From: Podarcis cretensis | Taxonomy: Eukaryota | Length of the DNA: 64,000 nt | Direction of reading: 5' to 3' | Assembly: GCA_951804945.1 (NCBI GenBank) | Contig: OX638154.1 | Location: forward strand, 47,492,001 to 47,556,000 | Shown here: piece by piece, positions 37,650-52,600 of the stretch | Layout: each line of letters starts with the position of its first letter | How positions within the stretch are numbered: the first letter of the stretch is position 1 | Notes under the pieces: generated by a model | What the model was told of the DNA's origin: nothing | Seen by the model: only the letters and a program-made list of their open reading frames with translations | The model's database searches: none | Position numbers and translations under genes: made by a program

Positions 37650-40600
37650 CTGGAATATAAAAACGGGGGATTTAAAAGATGGTTTTCATTTCTTCAGTTG
37701 AATTCACAACACCATTCTTTTATCAAATTTACAAGTGTTCTCTGCCACAAACCCCTGCATGTTGAAGCTTGTGAGGTCTTTCGTTAGGTGTACTCAGCTA
37801 ACTGGCATTACTCGTGTAGAAATGTGCCCACACCTCCCTGACCTACATGTTGTAGAGCAGGGAGGGGGGTAACCTTCAGCCACAGGCCAGGGATGCCAAC
37901 TTGAATAAAATATGGGGGAAGGGCAAGTATGCCCTACCCCGATTAATTACAAGACACTGTAGGCACACACTATTTGAATGGCATTGCCTATGCTTAAAAA
38001 TTTCAGGGGGGATTAAGCTGCCCATTCATCAGCTGATGCACAGAGAATTCAATCCATAGTGGCTCTTCCCCCCCCCCCCGTTGCCTGTGGGCCAACTATG
38101 ACAGATGGGTGGTCCTGTTGGGTGGGGGAGATGAAGATGTGGCCCATAAAGGTTCTCCACCCCCATTGTAGAAAGAGATCAGTTAAGGCAGATGTTATCT
38201 TTGGGACAATGCATCCTCTACTGTTAATCTTTTTGGGGCAACCTGCTATTAGCTTTCACCAATTAAGAGTTCTTTGCAGAACAGCATTTGAAAAGACTAA
38301 CTGTGGCAATAGCTAGGAGTTGGATTGTGTGCTTGGAATATACGAGAGGAATAGTTTGAATCTCAGGGCTGGCAAAGGCTAGCTGTTTGCCACATTGTTA
38401 ATTGTAATCCTAACATTTTACTTATTTATTTTGACAGTTATTAACCATGCCCTCTGGACAGCCTGCACAAAATTCAAAGCAATAAGATACCTTTGCATTT
38501 CTATGAATGTTGCCAGGGCTGCTCTGTGCTTCATCTAAAAGCAATTGCATTCAGACAACAGGATTTCCCCCCCAGAGAGCATTATTTAGTTGAAGGGTTA
38601 GCAAACGTGGTCTAATTCTATGACATCCCAAAGTTCCCAAAAGGCGCTACTTCTCTTAGTTCATTCCCTTAGTCCCTCCCCAAAGCACCCCGTTCTTAAA
38701 GTTTCTCATACCTGCTCCTTCAGCTCATTCAGCTGTGATGTGAGATGGGATACCAATTTCATGGTGGAATTCAGTTTATCCTGTAGACACCGGATCTCGT
38801 TCTGCTCACCTTCACCTTCGTTGCTGACCAGTGACATGGCTCGCATCCGAGGGAACCAGTCCAGGTTCTTGTTCTGGAACAGTCATTGCAGGAAACAAGT
38901 GTTTTAAGGGAAGGAATAACTAATCAGAACAAAAGTAGCCTGGCGCCGCAAAACAGGTAGGGCAGAACCTAAGAGAGGGCAGTTAACTGAACTGTCAAGA
39001 ACAAAGACTCTGGTGCTAAGAGATGCCTGTTGGAGCAAGAGAGAGGAGTTATCCTTCCACTGATGGAGGAGCGATTCTGCAATAAAGTTAGAGCACCCAG
39101 TGTATTAATAGCATCCCTTCAAAAGCACTATATAGAAATTAAAAACCAAGGCAGTCCTTGCTTACAAGCCAGTACAGGTACCAATTCTTGAAGTTACATC
39201 CTCTCATACATCTGGCCACTGGCAGAGGCCAGATTGCAAAACTGAAGGGAAGTAGACCCAGGGCAACTGATTTTATTTGAGATTATATACATCACACACA
39301 GGCTGCCCACTAAAACTGCCTTTTTCCAAAGTGAAACTTCCCACCATGCAAGAGCCTTTACCTTTATCATTTGTGCTACGTAGCTCTCAGGCCCTGTGTA
39401 GTCAGTCTTGTTTTTGACTCGCACCAGCACTATGAAATACAGGTAATTCCACATGTTGTGTTCAAATTTAATGTGCTCCTCAAAAGATACAGTCTTGTTG
39501 TCAAACTTGTCCCTTTCGAGTCCTAAGGAAGTAATGAAGAAAAGGAGAATGCTATGTTATCTAGCAACTGCTGCACCCATCCCTAAGTCCCATTAAAGAG
39601 ACTGATTCTGCACGCATTTTTCTCTACTTGACCTCCACTTGTAGCATACAGAAATATGAACAGCCTAAGTTGGTCAGTGGGGTGCTAATGGATGGGTGGT
39701 CATGTTCACAGCAGGGAACTGGAAGAGAAAGCCTTTGGGGTTCTTCCAATCTAATTTTAGCAGGTCTTGAGCAGAAAATGGCTAGTGCCTAATGTTCACG
39801 GCTGAGCAGTTAAATTTCAAATTAGTGTACCTGTTTTGGGCACTTAAGGAAATCTCTGTAAAATTGAAGACATGCCTTAAAAGAAAAGATGGATGGAGTA
39901 GTTTATAACCACTTCAAGAGACCTCTTGAAATCTAAACACCAACGTTAATTGTGTAAAATAGGAAAGCTGAGATATTATGCATATTATCTCAAGTGATAA
40001 CTGCACTTCTGCCATTTTGCACCCACTGACAGACCATCAGAAGCCAATAAAAATTTGCTTTGAAAGTGAAATTGTGAAAAATTTGAATGCACTAAGATGG
40101 GATACATTTCTGCTGTGTTTTGGATCCTGTATGTTTGTATTGTGGGCAGTTTCAGCTGCTGCAGTCAAATGAACACCCAGAGCCTAACTCTCCTTTCTGT
40201 AGGAGCCTGCAGAATATCCCCTGAATACTTAGTTTACTTTTGGAGAAGGGGATAGTTCCTCCACCAGATAGGCAATGATCTTGTTGGATATTTGCTGAAT
40301 ATATGAGGGTATTTCCCGGATAAATAGTTTCCCTGGGCAATTACCACATATAAAACATGTTGTCTTCAGGATTTCTTCTTTTTTCTGCTTCTCGCTCCTC
40401 AGATCTGCAAAGGTGTCGATGATTACACCAAATATGAGGTTGAGGACTATGATTATGACAATGAAGAAGAACAGGAGGTCGTAGATCACTCGAGCAGGGA
40501 AAAGAGACTCCTTTAGGACAGAAAGACAAGGGCAGCCATTAAAAGAAAGCATGGCTTCTCTTATCCGGTGCTTTGCTGAAAAATCCCAAACATTTCCCTC

Positions 40601-43600
40601 TAGAAATTGGCAGACAAGTTGCCAGCATGCCAGTGGCTACAAGATGAATAGATTTGTTTTGTAAACAATGAAGAAAATATTTGGAAGGATTGATTGTGTT
40701 AGGTGTGCATAATGTTGGTATTGTAAGATCTCACAAAAGGTGAATTTGTGAGAAAAGATCATCTGAATTTTAAAAGTCAGAAATGTGAGAAGGGAAGGTA
40801 GCAAACCAATGTGACAAGATCTGTCACACCCCTCAGGCTGGGGACCCCATTTGCCTCATAATGTAGCGTTCGGCATTTGGTATTTAGCATAGGTGCCCCT
40901 GCGCTATGTCACAATAGACAAACTGTTGGATAAATCCAAATATGCACACCACACTGGTATGCACTGATTTCAGTAGGGCACAGGCACCCTTTGGTGTGCT
41001 GGTTTAGACTCCTAGCCAGCGTTGCCTAACATGGGTTGCCTCCAAATTAACTCACATCTTTGGATGGCTTCCTGAGGATGTCACCCACACCACCTCCGTT
41101 TCTGAGGCCATGATTCAGGACAGTGACAATGCACATGAGCAGTGTGTCACAGGCACGTTCTGAATTATCTTCCTCCGCTTCTGGAATGCAAGCAAAAGTG
41201 CACTCAGCAGGAACACAAACAGAGCACCTATGATTAGCTTTCAGTATTGTGAAATCCATATTTCTTAGCTTCATTAACTATATGCAGAAAATACCTGGCT
41301 GTTCTGCCTCATCCTCCCTTTTTAGAAGATGGAAGAAAATAGCAGAGACATTTCCAATAACCACGGGCAACAGCTCTGCTTGTTTCTAAAATTCACCCTG
41401 CATTATATTGTTAGGGCACTATCCAACTCTTTCCGTCAGTGCAAGGATCTCCACTTGCAAACGAAATTTCCTCTCCTCCCGTGTTTGCCCCAAAAATCTT
41501 TTCTGGGAGTTCTCATGATCTTCTGAAGCAGACCTGAGGAGGGCAAAGGGGGATAAGAGAGGAAAAGAGTTCCATTGTGCAAGCAGAATTCCTTGCCGTG
41601 GCAGAAATAAGTTAGTTGGCTGCCATCCTGATTTACTTACATAGAGTGGCCCCAAGTCCCAGTAAGATGCTGTGGATAAGTACTAACAAAGTAATCTTGC
41701 ATCTTAACTTGGACATTAGATCTTACAGCATCTTGTGCTGACTTCCGAGACACAGATCAATTTCATCCTAGTTGCCTTCTCAAGGTGCCAGATAAAATAT
41801 GCAAAGTTTCTCTTCACTCCCACAAGCATCTGAATTAGAGAATGTTGCTTCAGCCACCCCAACTACCTTCTATCACTTTGGGCTTAGCAACACCAGAAGA
41901 GCAGCTCATTTTGTCGCTACTGCATGTCTCCATAAAAGCGTCCATGTCTGCTTGCATCCCCAAAGGAGTACCTGGAAGGACAGGAGGCGGCAGAAGTGTC
42001 AAAACATCATCTTTCAATTCATAACAATGACAAAGTCTAGAAAAGTTGTTCCTTTGACTGAGGCCATGCCAAAAAGTATCTCCCATCATGATGTTCTTGT
42101 TCTAGGTTGCTATCTACCCAGTGCCACTTAGCCTCACCACCACAAGCATCCTGTCCACATCCTTGAACTGTAACCGATCCCACAAGCTATACTTGAATGA
42201 TGCTCCAAGGACCTCCAACAAGCATGAACTAATGGTGTTCAGCACAGAGCCAAGTAATGTTACCCTCAAACTAATTCACAAATCTCTCACAGGAGACTAT
42301 TGAGTGGTCTGTTAATGATGCCATACTGATCTGGGCCAACCACTTTGAATAGCTCTTCTGGAGGCCAAGAGATACACTATCTGTGGTATGAACAGCTATG
42401 TACTTGTACCTCAATTCAGTCAGATTCATGCCGGGACTTGCACTAGCTGATGTCTGGCCTGCTTCATCACTCAGGGCTCCTCAGTAAACCAAGGAGCCTT
42501 CCAGATACCCCATGGCTGTAGAGAGCACTTAGGAGTGATTGTGTCAATAGAAGAGGGGGAAATGCATCTACATCAGCCAGCATCGAATGCACACACCAAT
42601 AGAAGCTCTTTGCATCTCTTCAGAACAGAAGGGAGGTAGGGTGTCCAGTCCAAGCACTCAATGAAACGTGGACATGTTTAAGGGTTCTCAGGGACCATGC
42701 TGAGGATTGCTGTGCTGAGGAGGAATGGTGGGAGCGACCCCCTGACCCTGAATCTTCCCAGGAGCAGGAGGACAGTATAGATTTGGAACAGTGGTTTGCA
42801 GAAGGGCCTAGATCAGAAGGCAGAAGCTGGGAAATACTGGATGGGGAACAGCTAGGAGAAGAAACACTGGAAGAGAGAGGGTTAACAGATTCACAGTCTT
42901 TGGACAGCATTCCTCTGGTCTCCCCAAAGTCACAAAGAGCTCAGAAAGTCTCAGAACAGAAAGCGCAGAGGGTACAAACTCAGATTACAAGACGGAGGAG
43001 TGACGTAGATTAATAGGGATGGGGGAGTGTGTGATCCTTAATTAGGAGCACCACCATTTCTAGGAGAAGTGTTCTTCTCTCACTGTGATTATTAAAGTTC
43101 CTAACTGGTAAGACATTCCTTTCTTTTATATTTTTATCTCCTGAAACGAGGGGAGGAAGCCGATTCCCCAAAGCCTGACAGGGGGGCATGTTCAGTCTAG
43201 GAGGAGTTGATCAGGTGAAAACATGAATGAAGAAGGAAGAGCAAAGTCTCAAGCATTGAACGTTTTGAGATTATTTACAGAGACCTTCTGCAGGTGCCAT
43301 GGGAGATACACTGATGCCCAAAGATGCCATGTTGGCAAACCCTGAAGTGAAGCATCTGAACCCACTGAAATCTACACACTTGAACAGAAGAGTCTTTATA
43401 TGTTGTATTTTGAATTGGGGGAAGAGACTGCCATGCAAAACATATATAAGCCAGTTCTTTCACAGTTGCAGTACTTTGCTGGTAAAAGCTGCTATTTATA
43501 CCCTTAAAAGGTGCCCAATCCAGGAGTCTCAAATTGCACTTCCCTTAAGTGCAGCGCTGAACGTCAAAGCCTCCAAATTGCAAGCCTTAAGGACATAAAC

Positions 43601-46600
43601 ACGCTGGAGTGGATTTAGCTTGCCCATTACCAGTTATTCATTCTTGGTTGAAAGGTCTAGTACAAAATCAAGGTGAAAACCAATCCTTAAATAAACGCAG
43701 GAGGGAACATACAGGTTTCTGGTGTAATTGGCTGAACCCCGGTGAAGACAAATGGGTTGCTTCAGAAGTCAGCAAATCTTAAAATCCTTTCTATTTAAAC
43801 CACTATTGTTAAATATAAAACTTGAGAGATAGCGGGGGGGGGGGGGAGCAAACCTTTCGATTTAATGTTGGGCAGCGGGTCTACTTCAAGGATGAAGTCA
43901 TCTTTCAGAAAGAGAAAGCCTACAATGGAGAAGAGGTAGACGAGGATGAGAGCCAGAAGGGCTGTCAGAAGAATGGAGCGTCCGTTGCGTGTCACACTTT
44001 TGATGACATTAAATAAGGTCTCCTCCCGGTAGATCAAGTCAAACAGCTGAAACAGAAAAATAATAATAACTTGCTTATATAGAATCAGTCTGAAGAGAAC
44101 AGGCATTCTGTGGTAGTCCTTCAGGCACATAGTATTTATTAGCAGGAGAATGATTGCCATTCATTCATCTAATCACCAACATCCCCACTTTTCTCACAGA
44201 TAAATGTGAACGTTCTTTTCCATAAAGGAACAAGAAGCCCTTTGGACTCTTGCTTCAAGAGCCTAGCAACTTCTCGGAACAGGAATTGGTTTGGTGTTGC
44301 TTGACAGTACCAAACCATCCCATCTAGTCAATGATTTGTATTTCTTTCTTGCCCACTTCATAAAATGAATAATTGCAATCCTAGCCAGCTAGGGAGAACA
44401 AAGCAGACATAAAAGAGGTGAAATGTTATGCATACAACAGGTAGATAATACAGAAGAAATTAACATACCAAGATGCTGTAGAATAGTTCATGCACAAAGA
44501 GCCCCAAGACGCTGGTCAAGATATAGGCAACATGATAGAGAAATTCCATATCCATGATCATGGCCTTATATCCTCGGATGAATGTTCCACGGTTTCCAAC
44601 AAAGCTCACCACAAACACAATCTTATTTGTCAGCTGTGGAACAAGCACAAAGCAGAGGGGAAAAGAGGCAAGCAGTTACTTTCCGGAGTGAGTTTATGCT
44701 GTTTATTATGCTACTTTAGCTTTACTGACAGCAATCTTCTGCTTTCAGTTAACACTGATATAAATCCATTGCCATTAGATTTGCAAAGTCAAACTGGTCT
44801 TAGCTCTAGGCATGGTGCCAGTACCTAAAACAACTTGCTTTTTTGTTTGTTTTGTTGCTTGGTTGGTTTGTCTCCTTAATAAAATTTATACACTGCTTGA
44901 TTGTAAAAAAAAAACCAAAAAAACCTCAGCATTTTACAAAAGATACAACAGTAAAATCAAGAAAATTTCACAACCAAACTTAAAAGCACACAAAAGTTAA
45001 AATACTAAACTAGATTAAAATTACTTCGATTTTCTAAGCATCTAGATAGGCATATTTAAACAAGAATGTTTTTAACAGGTGCCGAAAAGAGTACAGCAAA
45101 GACGCCTACTTGATCTCAATAGGCAAGGGGTTGCACAGTTTATGGTAGTTCAATGGAACTCATTCCCAGTTAAATATGTACAAGACTGCAGCCAGAGTCT
45201 GGCCTGAGGTTAGCCAAGTGACTTACATTGAGAGCTCCCAGTATGTTCAGAGTGAGTCCAATGCCCAGGTGGTAGATGGATCGCAGGATCAATGCCACAA
45301 GGAGCGGTCGGATCCCGTAGCGTCGGGTAAAGAGCGCCATGATGGAGAAGCAGATTAAAAGCCAGGAGAGCAGGGGGATCAGTGGAGAATCCAACAGCCC
45401 TGGAAATTCACAAATTAATTCATTAAGTAGCCAAGACATTTGTTTGTAACATAACCTTCAGCAGCAGCTGCTGTGATGGAGCAGAACTGCTCTCCTGACA
45501 CTGGCATCGCTGAGACTTACCTGGAAGGTGCAGGGGTGGGGAAGGGTGAGGTTTGGATGCACACACACCCCCACCAGCCCGGACCTTGCCACCGTCCTGT
45601 CCCACCCAACACCTCCCAAGTGACAGAAGTGGAGCTCTGCATGCCCCACTACTGATCACGTCACACAGCATTAGGTGAGAAGAAACAAGCTTCGCGAGCA
45701 CACAGCATTAAAGCACTTGCATAGCAGCAGCCAGCGAGGCAAAGCAGAAGGCAGTGAATGCCATTGCTGTTAGGGCTCATCCACGCTTTCGTTTGTGATT
45801 TCTAGGCTTGTCAGAAAATCTGCAGTTTACTGCTGAACTGGAACAAACGTCAGTCGGATTTTCTGCAAAGAACTGCAGCTGACAGGGAGGAGAACTGGAG
45901 ATGCCTCCTTGCCCAGGATGATGCAGATGTGCTACTAATGCATAACCTGCAATGCCTAGTGGGAACCAAAGATGCCATCACCCTGTACCCACACAGGCAC
46001 TGCTAGCCATTCCCCAACAGCACAGCTGCTCAGTGGCCCACATCCTGCCTCATCTGTTTTCAATCCAAGATCTGAGCACCCAGATCTAAAGGGATGCATT
46101 TCTTTTAGGAGACCACATCAGGGTATGTATAGTCTACCATGAGTGTCATCTACATCAAAGGTTTTCAACCCTTTTGAGTCCATAGCTCCCTTGACCAACG
46201 ATATGCTTTCTGCGGCACCCCTGTGGGGCTCAGGAACCCAGTTATGTCACCCCTTGCCTGCAGAGCTGGCAGCCTCTCACCCTTTTTCAAACAGCCTCCC
46301 TTGTGGAGTGCTCCCTCAGCCTCCTCTCCCCTCTCCTTGGGAGTCCTCTGGGCAGCTGCTGCTGCCGCCCTTGGTCTCTGAACTGCCCAGCCCCAAAGAG
46401 TGGTGTTTCCTCACACTGCCCTACAGGGGCCTGGGACTTGTCTGTCCATTCCCAACAGCAAGGGCTGGGGGACTGCCTGGCTGGGCTCCCTCGCCCAGCT
46501 CTCTCTTACTCCAAGGCTGCTTCAGCTCCTGGCAACCAGCACCCCCCCAGAAGCACCATTCACCTAGGGAGTTTGTAGCCAGGACTGCTACAACAAACAG

Positions 46601-49600
46601 CTATGCAAGCCTTTGGGAGGCAGAGATGCAAGAGGGCATCAGAGGAAGGAGGGAAGGAAAGATGGACAGAGGCCAGTGTTGCCTTTGGCACCTCTGACAA
46701 TCATTCAAGGCACCCCAGGGTGCCATGGCACACTGGTTGAAAACCACTGATCTGCATGCTTGTTTGTTTCCAAAAACACTCATAATATACAAACAGAACA
46801 CAACTTCGTACTGGGAACTGGTTTACCAAAGGTTTTGCAGAAAGGTTCTTTCCAAAGGGGGTTTATTTTTAATGTTCACAAAAAGATAAGTGATTAGAGT
46901 TTTTGAAATGATAGCTTATTCAAGGTAAAGAACTGCTAGCGAGTTGGCTGCAAAGGCCTAGCTGGCAAAATTGACTGAAGAACCACAGGGCCTCAGATAG
47001 CATTTTCACTGCATGAATACCAAGTGGACAGAGTATCCCTGCAAAGGGATCCATGAATGCTGGCAGTGGTTGTATAAAAATCAAAGTGAGCCTGATGGAA
47101 CATATACCCATTGAGGATGCCTCGACGTAAGGATAGAATAAAGCAATGATGATGTTTATGAAGACAGCCAGGTTGAAGGAAATACTTCCCCAGAGTGTCA
47201 TTCTGCGGGAGAACCAGTACATCAGTGGATTGCCTATGAGAAGAAAGAAAGGCAAAGCTGAGTATATCTTGTATGCTTTTGGAAAGTAGCACAGAACTCT
47301 CCAAAGACCCAGCAATCTCAGTGCAATTATTTATAGAGCCAGGGATCAATGCTCTTGTTTCCCCAGCCCAGTTGCAAACACTATCAATTGCCAGAAACTG
47401 GGACATAATTTTCAAATGATACCTCATATTTGTGCTCACCACATTTCAGTGGACTGCAGCACATAAAACTGGTCCGGGATCATGTCCTCATTTCATTCTT
47501 TCTACCTCTGTTTTCTGTAGAAAAACTCACTAAGATTTTCAATGCTAACACGTTAAGCAGGGAGGGTGAAACAGCAGCCCTCCATATCTTATTGGACTCC
47601 AACTCCCATCAGCCCCAGCCAGCATGGCCAATGGCAAGGATGATGGGAGTTGTAGTCTGGGCAGCTACGGGTTAGCCACTGTTGATTTAAAGGGACATCC
47701 AACTAGCTCTCTCAGAGCTAAGGAATAGGGATGCTGCAGATGTGCCACCCACCCCGCAGCCTCCCTGACTGGTAGTCTCTGAGAATCCCCACACAGCAGC
47801 GTTGGGAGATGTCAATGTCCATGCAGGGGCTACCTCTACAGATTCAGCTCATCGTGGCCTTAATGACTACTATGGGGCTATCTCAGTTCATCACAGGCCC
47901 CGAACAAGTGGAAGGGCACACTCTTGAACTGGTCTTTGCTATAGAGTGAGTGGCTGCAGAGAGAGTTTGCAGTGAGCTCATTGTCATGGGTAGATCATTC
48001 CTTGATGACACTTGGACTGGCAACAGTAATATCCTCCTGCAGGGGTGTGGAACTACTGAATATTAAACAGGCGCCATCTCTTGTCTTTTTGGCAACAGCT
48101 GAAGACCTTCCACTTTCAACAAGACATTTGCATTGAAATCTTTCCCAGTCTGCACCTGTACTGGAATTGTTTTAAATATTTCCTTTTTTGTTTTACTACT
48201 TGTTGACTGCCCCTGGGTTGCTTTGGGAGGAAGGGCAAGATACAAATTTAAAGAAAAAATAAAATAAGATGGTCTGCCCCAGAGACTTATAGAATTCAAT
48301 GGATTATTGGATCATCTAGGGGGTTTCCTGATTGACGTGGTTGGCACTCCTGAAAAAGCTGTGGTCTCACTGTGAAACAGAAACGGCTATTGAAATGATC
48401 GCTCCAAAGCGCCCTCTCCAGGGCTATGGAGTCTGCACGGCCCCATGATTCTCTGGGGAGCTGCAGGGAATGAATTGGGTGCCACCTTCAGGACAGGGTC
48501 AGTGGAGCCCAGTGAACATCACTTGACTATCCACGCTCCTCAACAGGTGCTTCAGGGGCTTGAGCTGACATACAATTTGGCATTCTAAATTATTATCTGT
48601 ACAAACAGCCTCCTGCCTTGTTCTAGTCTTACTGCGCAGTTTCTTCTGCCATTCCATCTCGTTGTGGAGGAAGGACGACTGCTCAAAGAAGTCACTGACT
48701 TTGCTGCCCTGGTCATCCTGCTCTGTTGTGGTGAACAGGCGGTATTTCGTCTCTTTGGTCACAAACTCGCAGATGCTGGGCACCGGGAAGATGATCTGCT
48801 CCATGCTGCGGTCCAGGCGCACAATCTGGGAGAAAGCAGAGATTTGAGGAGTCTTTGGTTCATATCCTGGATGGGACCTAGGTCTTTTCCCCGCTTTATC
48901 CTGGTAGCTTAAGTATGGGTCAAAGCAGTTGAAAACCGTATGTATAAAATATACAGCTAAAAGCAGTGCATCTGTATATGTGACAGTCACCCCCAGCAGC
49001 GAAACCCAGGAAATAAGCATCTGGGGTGGGGCACAATGTCTGCTAGAGTTGCAGCTAATCCAGGACGCTGCACCAGCAAACAGCATGGGCCAGTGCTTCA
49101 ACATTGGCAGGCAAGAGTTAGCATCACCAGATGCGGCATCATAAAGGTTTTTATATGGCTCAGGATAAGGTAGAGAAAGGACATGACTAGGTGGAATCTT
49201 GAGCGAGTCAACCACAGGGCATTTTTCAAAGAGATTTGCTAGTCACAAGGGAGGAGGCTACATTAGTGTATTCCGGCACAATTCCTTACAACTAATGGGA
49301 TGACAGCTGACAGGCACGAGCCTGAGCTCTTGAAAAATTGGTTACGCAACTTAAAAGCTACAAAAGCAGCAGCTCTGGTGCCGAATAGAGCCATCCTAAA
49401 GTTGAGGATGAGGAGAGAAATTCTGTAGAGGAGAAACCACCATTTCCTAAAGCCTACTGGCTCACACCAGCCAGAGCTGGAGGTTTTCTATTGTGTACTG
49501 CCTTCATTCAGCTTTCATGAAAAGTAGTTTTCCCACTATTGACACTAATGGAAGAGAAAACAATTATGCTAACTTCAGAACTGGTGTACATTTTTGCCAT

Positions 49601-52600
49601 TTGTGAGGGCAAATCAGGGGAGGCCTTGGAATCACAGTATCCAAGGCCCCCTCACAAGCCTCTTATGGAGATTTCATAGCAGGTCATCCACATGCTGTTA
49701 GATAATGAAATGCAGAACTGTATATTACACCGTTTAGGTCATCTGATAGAGAAATCCGGATACCAGACATGACCCCTAAAAATTCTAATTACACACAGAT
49801 TTGAAAACGTGTAGAGATAGCTATGAAAAAAGTCAACCCCACCTCTATCTGGGATGTGTGCTTCTCATAATACGCTAGTGGATCTTCCTCTTCCTCTTGG
49901 ACAGGAGTTGTTGATTTCAGCATCTGGGTCAGCTGTTTGTTGTGTAGAATGAGCTGTGAGAAAGAGAAGGGGAAAATACTATAACCTCGGCTTGTAAAGG
50001 CCCGGGGGGGGGATCTCTTTCAGCTATGTATTAGCAATACATTTCCTTGTATTTACTAGGTATGACAAGCTCTGGGGGGTGAGGGGAGCATATATAGTCA
50101 GGGTAGACAGGGCCTGCGCTTCCCCTGGGAGACAGCCATTCAATTCAGCACACTAATTAACAGCCAAAGACCACTAATCTGTAAATTACAAATCACTGCC
50201 CATAAATCCCCACACAGAAATTGAATTATAACTGGGTAATGATTGTGGCCTTAGACTGTGCAATGTGAGCAAACAAGCTCACAGCCAAGCAGTCAATGTG
50301 GCTATCTCTGAAAAATAAAAGCAATGTTGGTTGTACCACAGGGAAAACTCACCTGCACTGCTGTATAAAGAACTACTGGGAGGTGAGGGAAAGTGTATCC
50401 AGAGACTACTATGCCCACAGGAAAGCAACACAAAGCTGTACAATCATCCAGTAGATTTCCCACTTTGGTGTATGGGGTTTCCCCCCACCCCTTCTAGTGT
50501 AACATACTATCGCTCAAAAGCTTTCTCCCCTGTTCTTGATCTGAAGGCCAAGAAGTAAGGCCCTTTCATTGTTCTATTCTGTGCCTCCGTGACCTATTGT
50601 GAACCCAGGGATGCGGGTGGCGCTGTGGTCTAAACCACTGAGCCTCTTGGGCTTGCCAATCAGAAGGTCGGCAGTTTGAATCCTCACGATGGGGTGAGCT
50701 CCCATTGCTTTGCCGCAACTCCTGCCAACCTAGCAGTTCGAAAGCAAGCAGCACAAGTAAATAAATAGGTACCACGACAGCGAAAAGGTAAACGGCGTTT
50801 CCATGCGCTCTGGTTTCCATCATGGTGTTCCATTGCTCCGGAAGCAGTTTAGTCATGCTGGCCACATGACCCAGAAAGCTGGACAAGTGCCAGCTCCCTC
50901 GGCCTGAAGTGAGATGAGCTCTGCACCCTATAGTCTCCTTTGACTGGACTTAACCATCCAGGGGTCCTTCACCTTTTTTCTTTTTAGCTTTTATTGTTAA
51001 GCCATTGCCTATTCCTCCCTGGGCCCTCTGGCTACCCTGACTCTTAACCATGCACCTTGGGTCACTCTGGGCAGCTAACAAATCCAATAGGGTCAAACAG
51101 CAAAAACCAATAGTACAATCAAACAGTAAAAACACCATATAAATCATAATATATACAACAAAAATAGCCACTAATATAAGGCATATGTCCACAAACCTGT
51201 TCTGATGTGTGTGTACCTCCACAACAGTGAGTAAAGTTTCTTAAGTAGAGCCAACTGCCATGCTCTAGCCATCCAGCCACTCAGTGATGTTTGAAGTTTG
51301 CCTGCAACCCACAGCTCTGTTTCATATCTGCTTCTCTTCCTCAACCACCTTTTCCCATAGCCTCTGTCTCTTCTATCTATCTTTAAGTTTCTGTTTTTTG
51401 GTCCACTGCCAACTCTGCTTCCTTCCCTTAGCCACATTGCCCTTGGGCCTGTACACAATTTTAATCCCAGAAAACTATTTGATTTCCCTCACAAACAGAC
51501 TTTTTGCCAAAATGCTGGTGTAGACAGCTTCACTACCTCTGCAGTTTAAAAAAAATAAATGCTTGTGAACATTCCATGGCATAAATGTTTCTCAATCACA
51601 GCCCTTGATTTCACTAGCACAAAACATCTCAAAAGCATTACAACAGTGTTTTAATAAAATCCTTTGTAAACTGGCAAAGTAGCAATGTCCTTAGTTAACA
51701 TCCTTATGGATTTGGATTATTGAAGGCTTGTGTAGCTTCCCCATCTCCACATTTCACCTCATGGGAAAATGTAAACAGATGAAAAATTAAATTATGGGAA
51801 ACAGCTGCAGAACTGTCCCTTACCAGGACTGATGCAATATGTCAGCAGTACTTCCTAAGCACCTTCCTGTTTCAATAGGGAGCATACACATACCATAGAA
51901 GAGATCCCTTCTTCCTCCTCCTCCTGAATTCGTTTCACAGGTCTTAAGAGATGCTGGAGCTGCTTGTTGTGCCGAGACAGCTGAAAACATAAAGAAAACA
52001 AACAATGAATTGCCAGAGCCTAACAGCTGACTACAAAGTCATTTGTGGATAGGTGAAAGCTTGTTTGCTTTGAAGCCTAATATCACTCAGTTACAATCAT
52101 TGAAAAAAAAAGTATTTGCATCAGTGCATCCTTTCAGAATGCACATCACCAGTTCAACCAAAAGTAGCGCTTGTGCCCATCATTTGGACAGAAACATTGG
52201 GATGCTCCTTGCTGGCAGGGCTTTCCCACCAATGATGGAGCAACCTCCATAGCAAAGGTTAGGAGAGCCAAGCCGGGCTGGGTGGAAGGATACCTCCATC
52301 ACATCTAAACTCCCTCCAGCACAGCAGATTGGGTTTTTAAATTGCTCTGCCCATCAGTTGTACCATTGCTTCCTCCTCCCCATTTAAAGGTTTATATGGA
52401 GCTGTGGGATGAGAGTATGGTACACACACAAAAAAACCAATGTACTTCCTTGATCTGGGTTTGTGTGGAGAAAGAAGGAATAAAAACTGAAGGGTAAAGC
52501 AGATTTGGGCTTGAAGAGAGAACAAAACCCCAGATGTCTATTTCTTTCTGTTGGAAGTGTGTTGTATTGCATGCGGGTCAAGACTGCAGCTCCATCCACC

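Noticed and set aside
46143-46697. 184-aa Pro-rich ORF
   Set aside because: Lies almost entirely inside the hAT element 46156-46749 and has no transposase motifs.
48499-49215. 238-aa minus-strand ORF
   Set aside because: It is ITPR3 exon 48633-48825 with open intronic flanks that include repeat debris, not a separate gene.
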